Below are positions 63,845 through 64,000 of a stretch of 64,000 nucleotides of DNA, in pieces. Where the stretch lies: the NCBI GenBank assembly GCA_963824445.1, contig CAWGPG010000003.1, forward strand, positions 22,839 through 86,838, read 5' to 3'. The notes below the pieces were generated by a model. That model did no database searches. It saw only the letters and a program-made list of their open reading frames with translations, and was not told the DNA's origin. Position numbers and translations under genes: made by a program. Source of the DNA: an uncultured Acidimicrobiaceae bacterium (GTDB lineage Bacteria; Actinomycetota; Acidimicrobiia; Acidimicrobiales; RAAP-2). Positions within the stretch are counted from its first letter, which is position 1. Every line of letters starts with the position of its first letter.

Positions 63845-64000
63845 ATGAGCTTGGCGGAAGAGAGAGCGATACTCCTTCGCCGGGGTTTCATCCTTGAATA
63901 TGTGACGCTCGGCTGGAACGTCGTGGGTGTGGTGGTGCTCGCCATCGCTGCGATCACTGCTCGATCGGTGGCCTTGGGTGGGTTCGGACTCGATTCCCTG
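63845..64000 (+). CDS. Cation diffusion facilitator-like transporter, N-terminal fragment (continues beyond the right edge)
   Basis: Not in the ORF track because it is open at the edge. Hand translation gives MSLAEERAILLRRGFILEYVTLGWNVVGVVVLAIAAITARSVALGGFGLDSL, matching the LEY.T..WN......A......S.AL.GFGLDS pattern of a CDF subfamily. Confidence 0.55.
   Translation, partial: MSLAEERAILLRRGFILEYVTLGWNVVGVVVLAIAAITARSVALGGFGLDSL

Overview
This is a high-GC chromosomal segment with an actinobacterial-type gene order. All function calls come from motif recognition on the supplied translations and on my own hand translations; no searches were run.

Positions 1-41 kb look like core genome. They hold:
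- an ATP-grasp gene that is open at the left edge and so is missing from the ORF track;
- an Opp/Dpp-type peptide ABC operon (oppBCDF) with no binding-protein gene;
- a seven-gene cell-envelope glycan cluster (PIG-V-like mannosyltransferase, Rossmann FAD oxidoreductase, large polytopic membrane protein, Wzx-like flippase, GT4, a 1746-aa AftD-like GT-C giant, and a SAM methyltransferase);
- coaE-uvrB, a SnoaL-like gene and uvrA;
- a TetR / DUF427 / VOC unit;
- nadA divergent from uvrC-rapZ-yvcK;
- gap-pgk-tpiA-secG and a family-5 solute-binding lipoprotein.

From about 41 kb to the right edge the sequence is visibly less GC-rich, with longer non-coding gaps. This part carries accessory-type genes:
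- seven predicted secreted proteins, including a tandem pair of 4-Cys paralogues;
- an ABC-2 exporter next to a DUF2142 membrane protein;
- a co-directional string of DinB-like, nucleoside-hydrolase-like, TIGR03085-like, Zn-ribbon membrane, inositol-phosphate synthase and serine hydrolase genes;
- genes for HAD, TolB-like, DUF899 and Gfo/Idh/MocA proteins, and a partial CDF transporter at the right edge.

I saw no rRNA, tRNA, CRISPR array, integrase or transposase.

The most notable observations are:
- two conserved genes (oppF and uvrB) are each broken by a single extra base in a G/C-rich run;
- whiA is missing from the rapZ-yvcK-(whiA)-gap slot, which instead holds a purine-rich tandem repeat;
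- the AftD-like glycan cluster;
- the secretome-rich accessory segment with an unnamed 4-Cys protein family.

Many very long Arg/Pro-rich ORFs in the track are shadow frames of real genes and were rejected.
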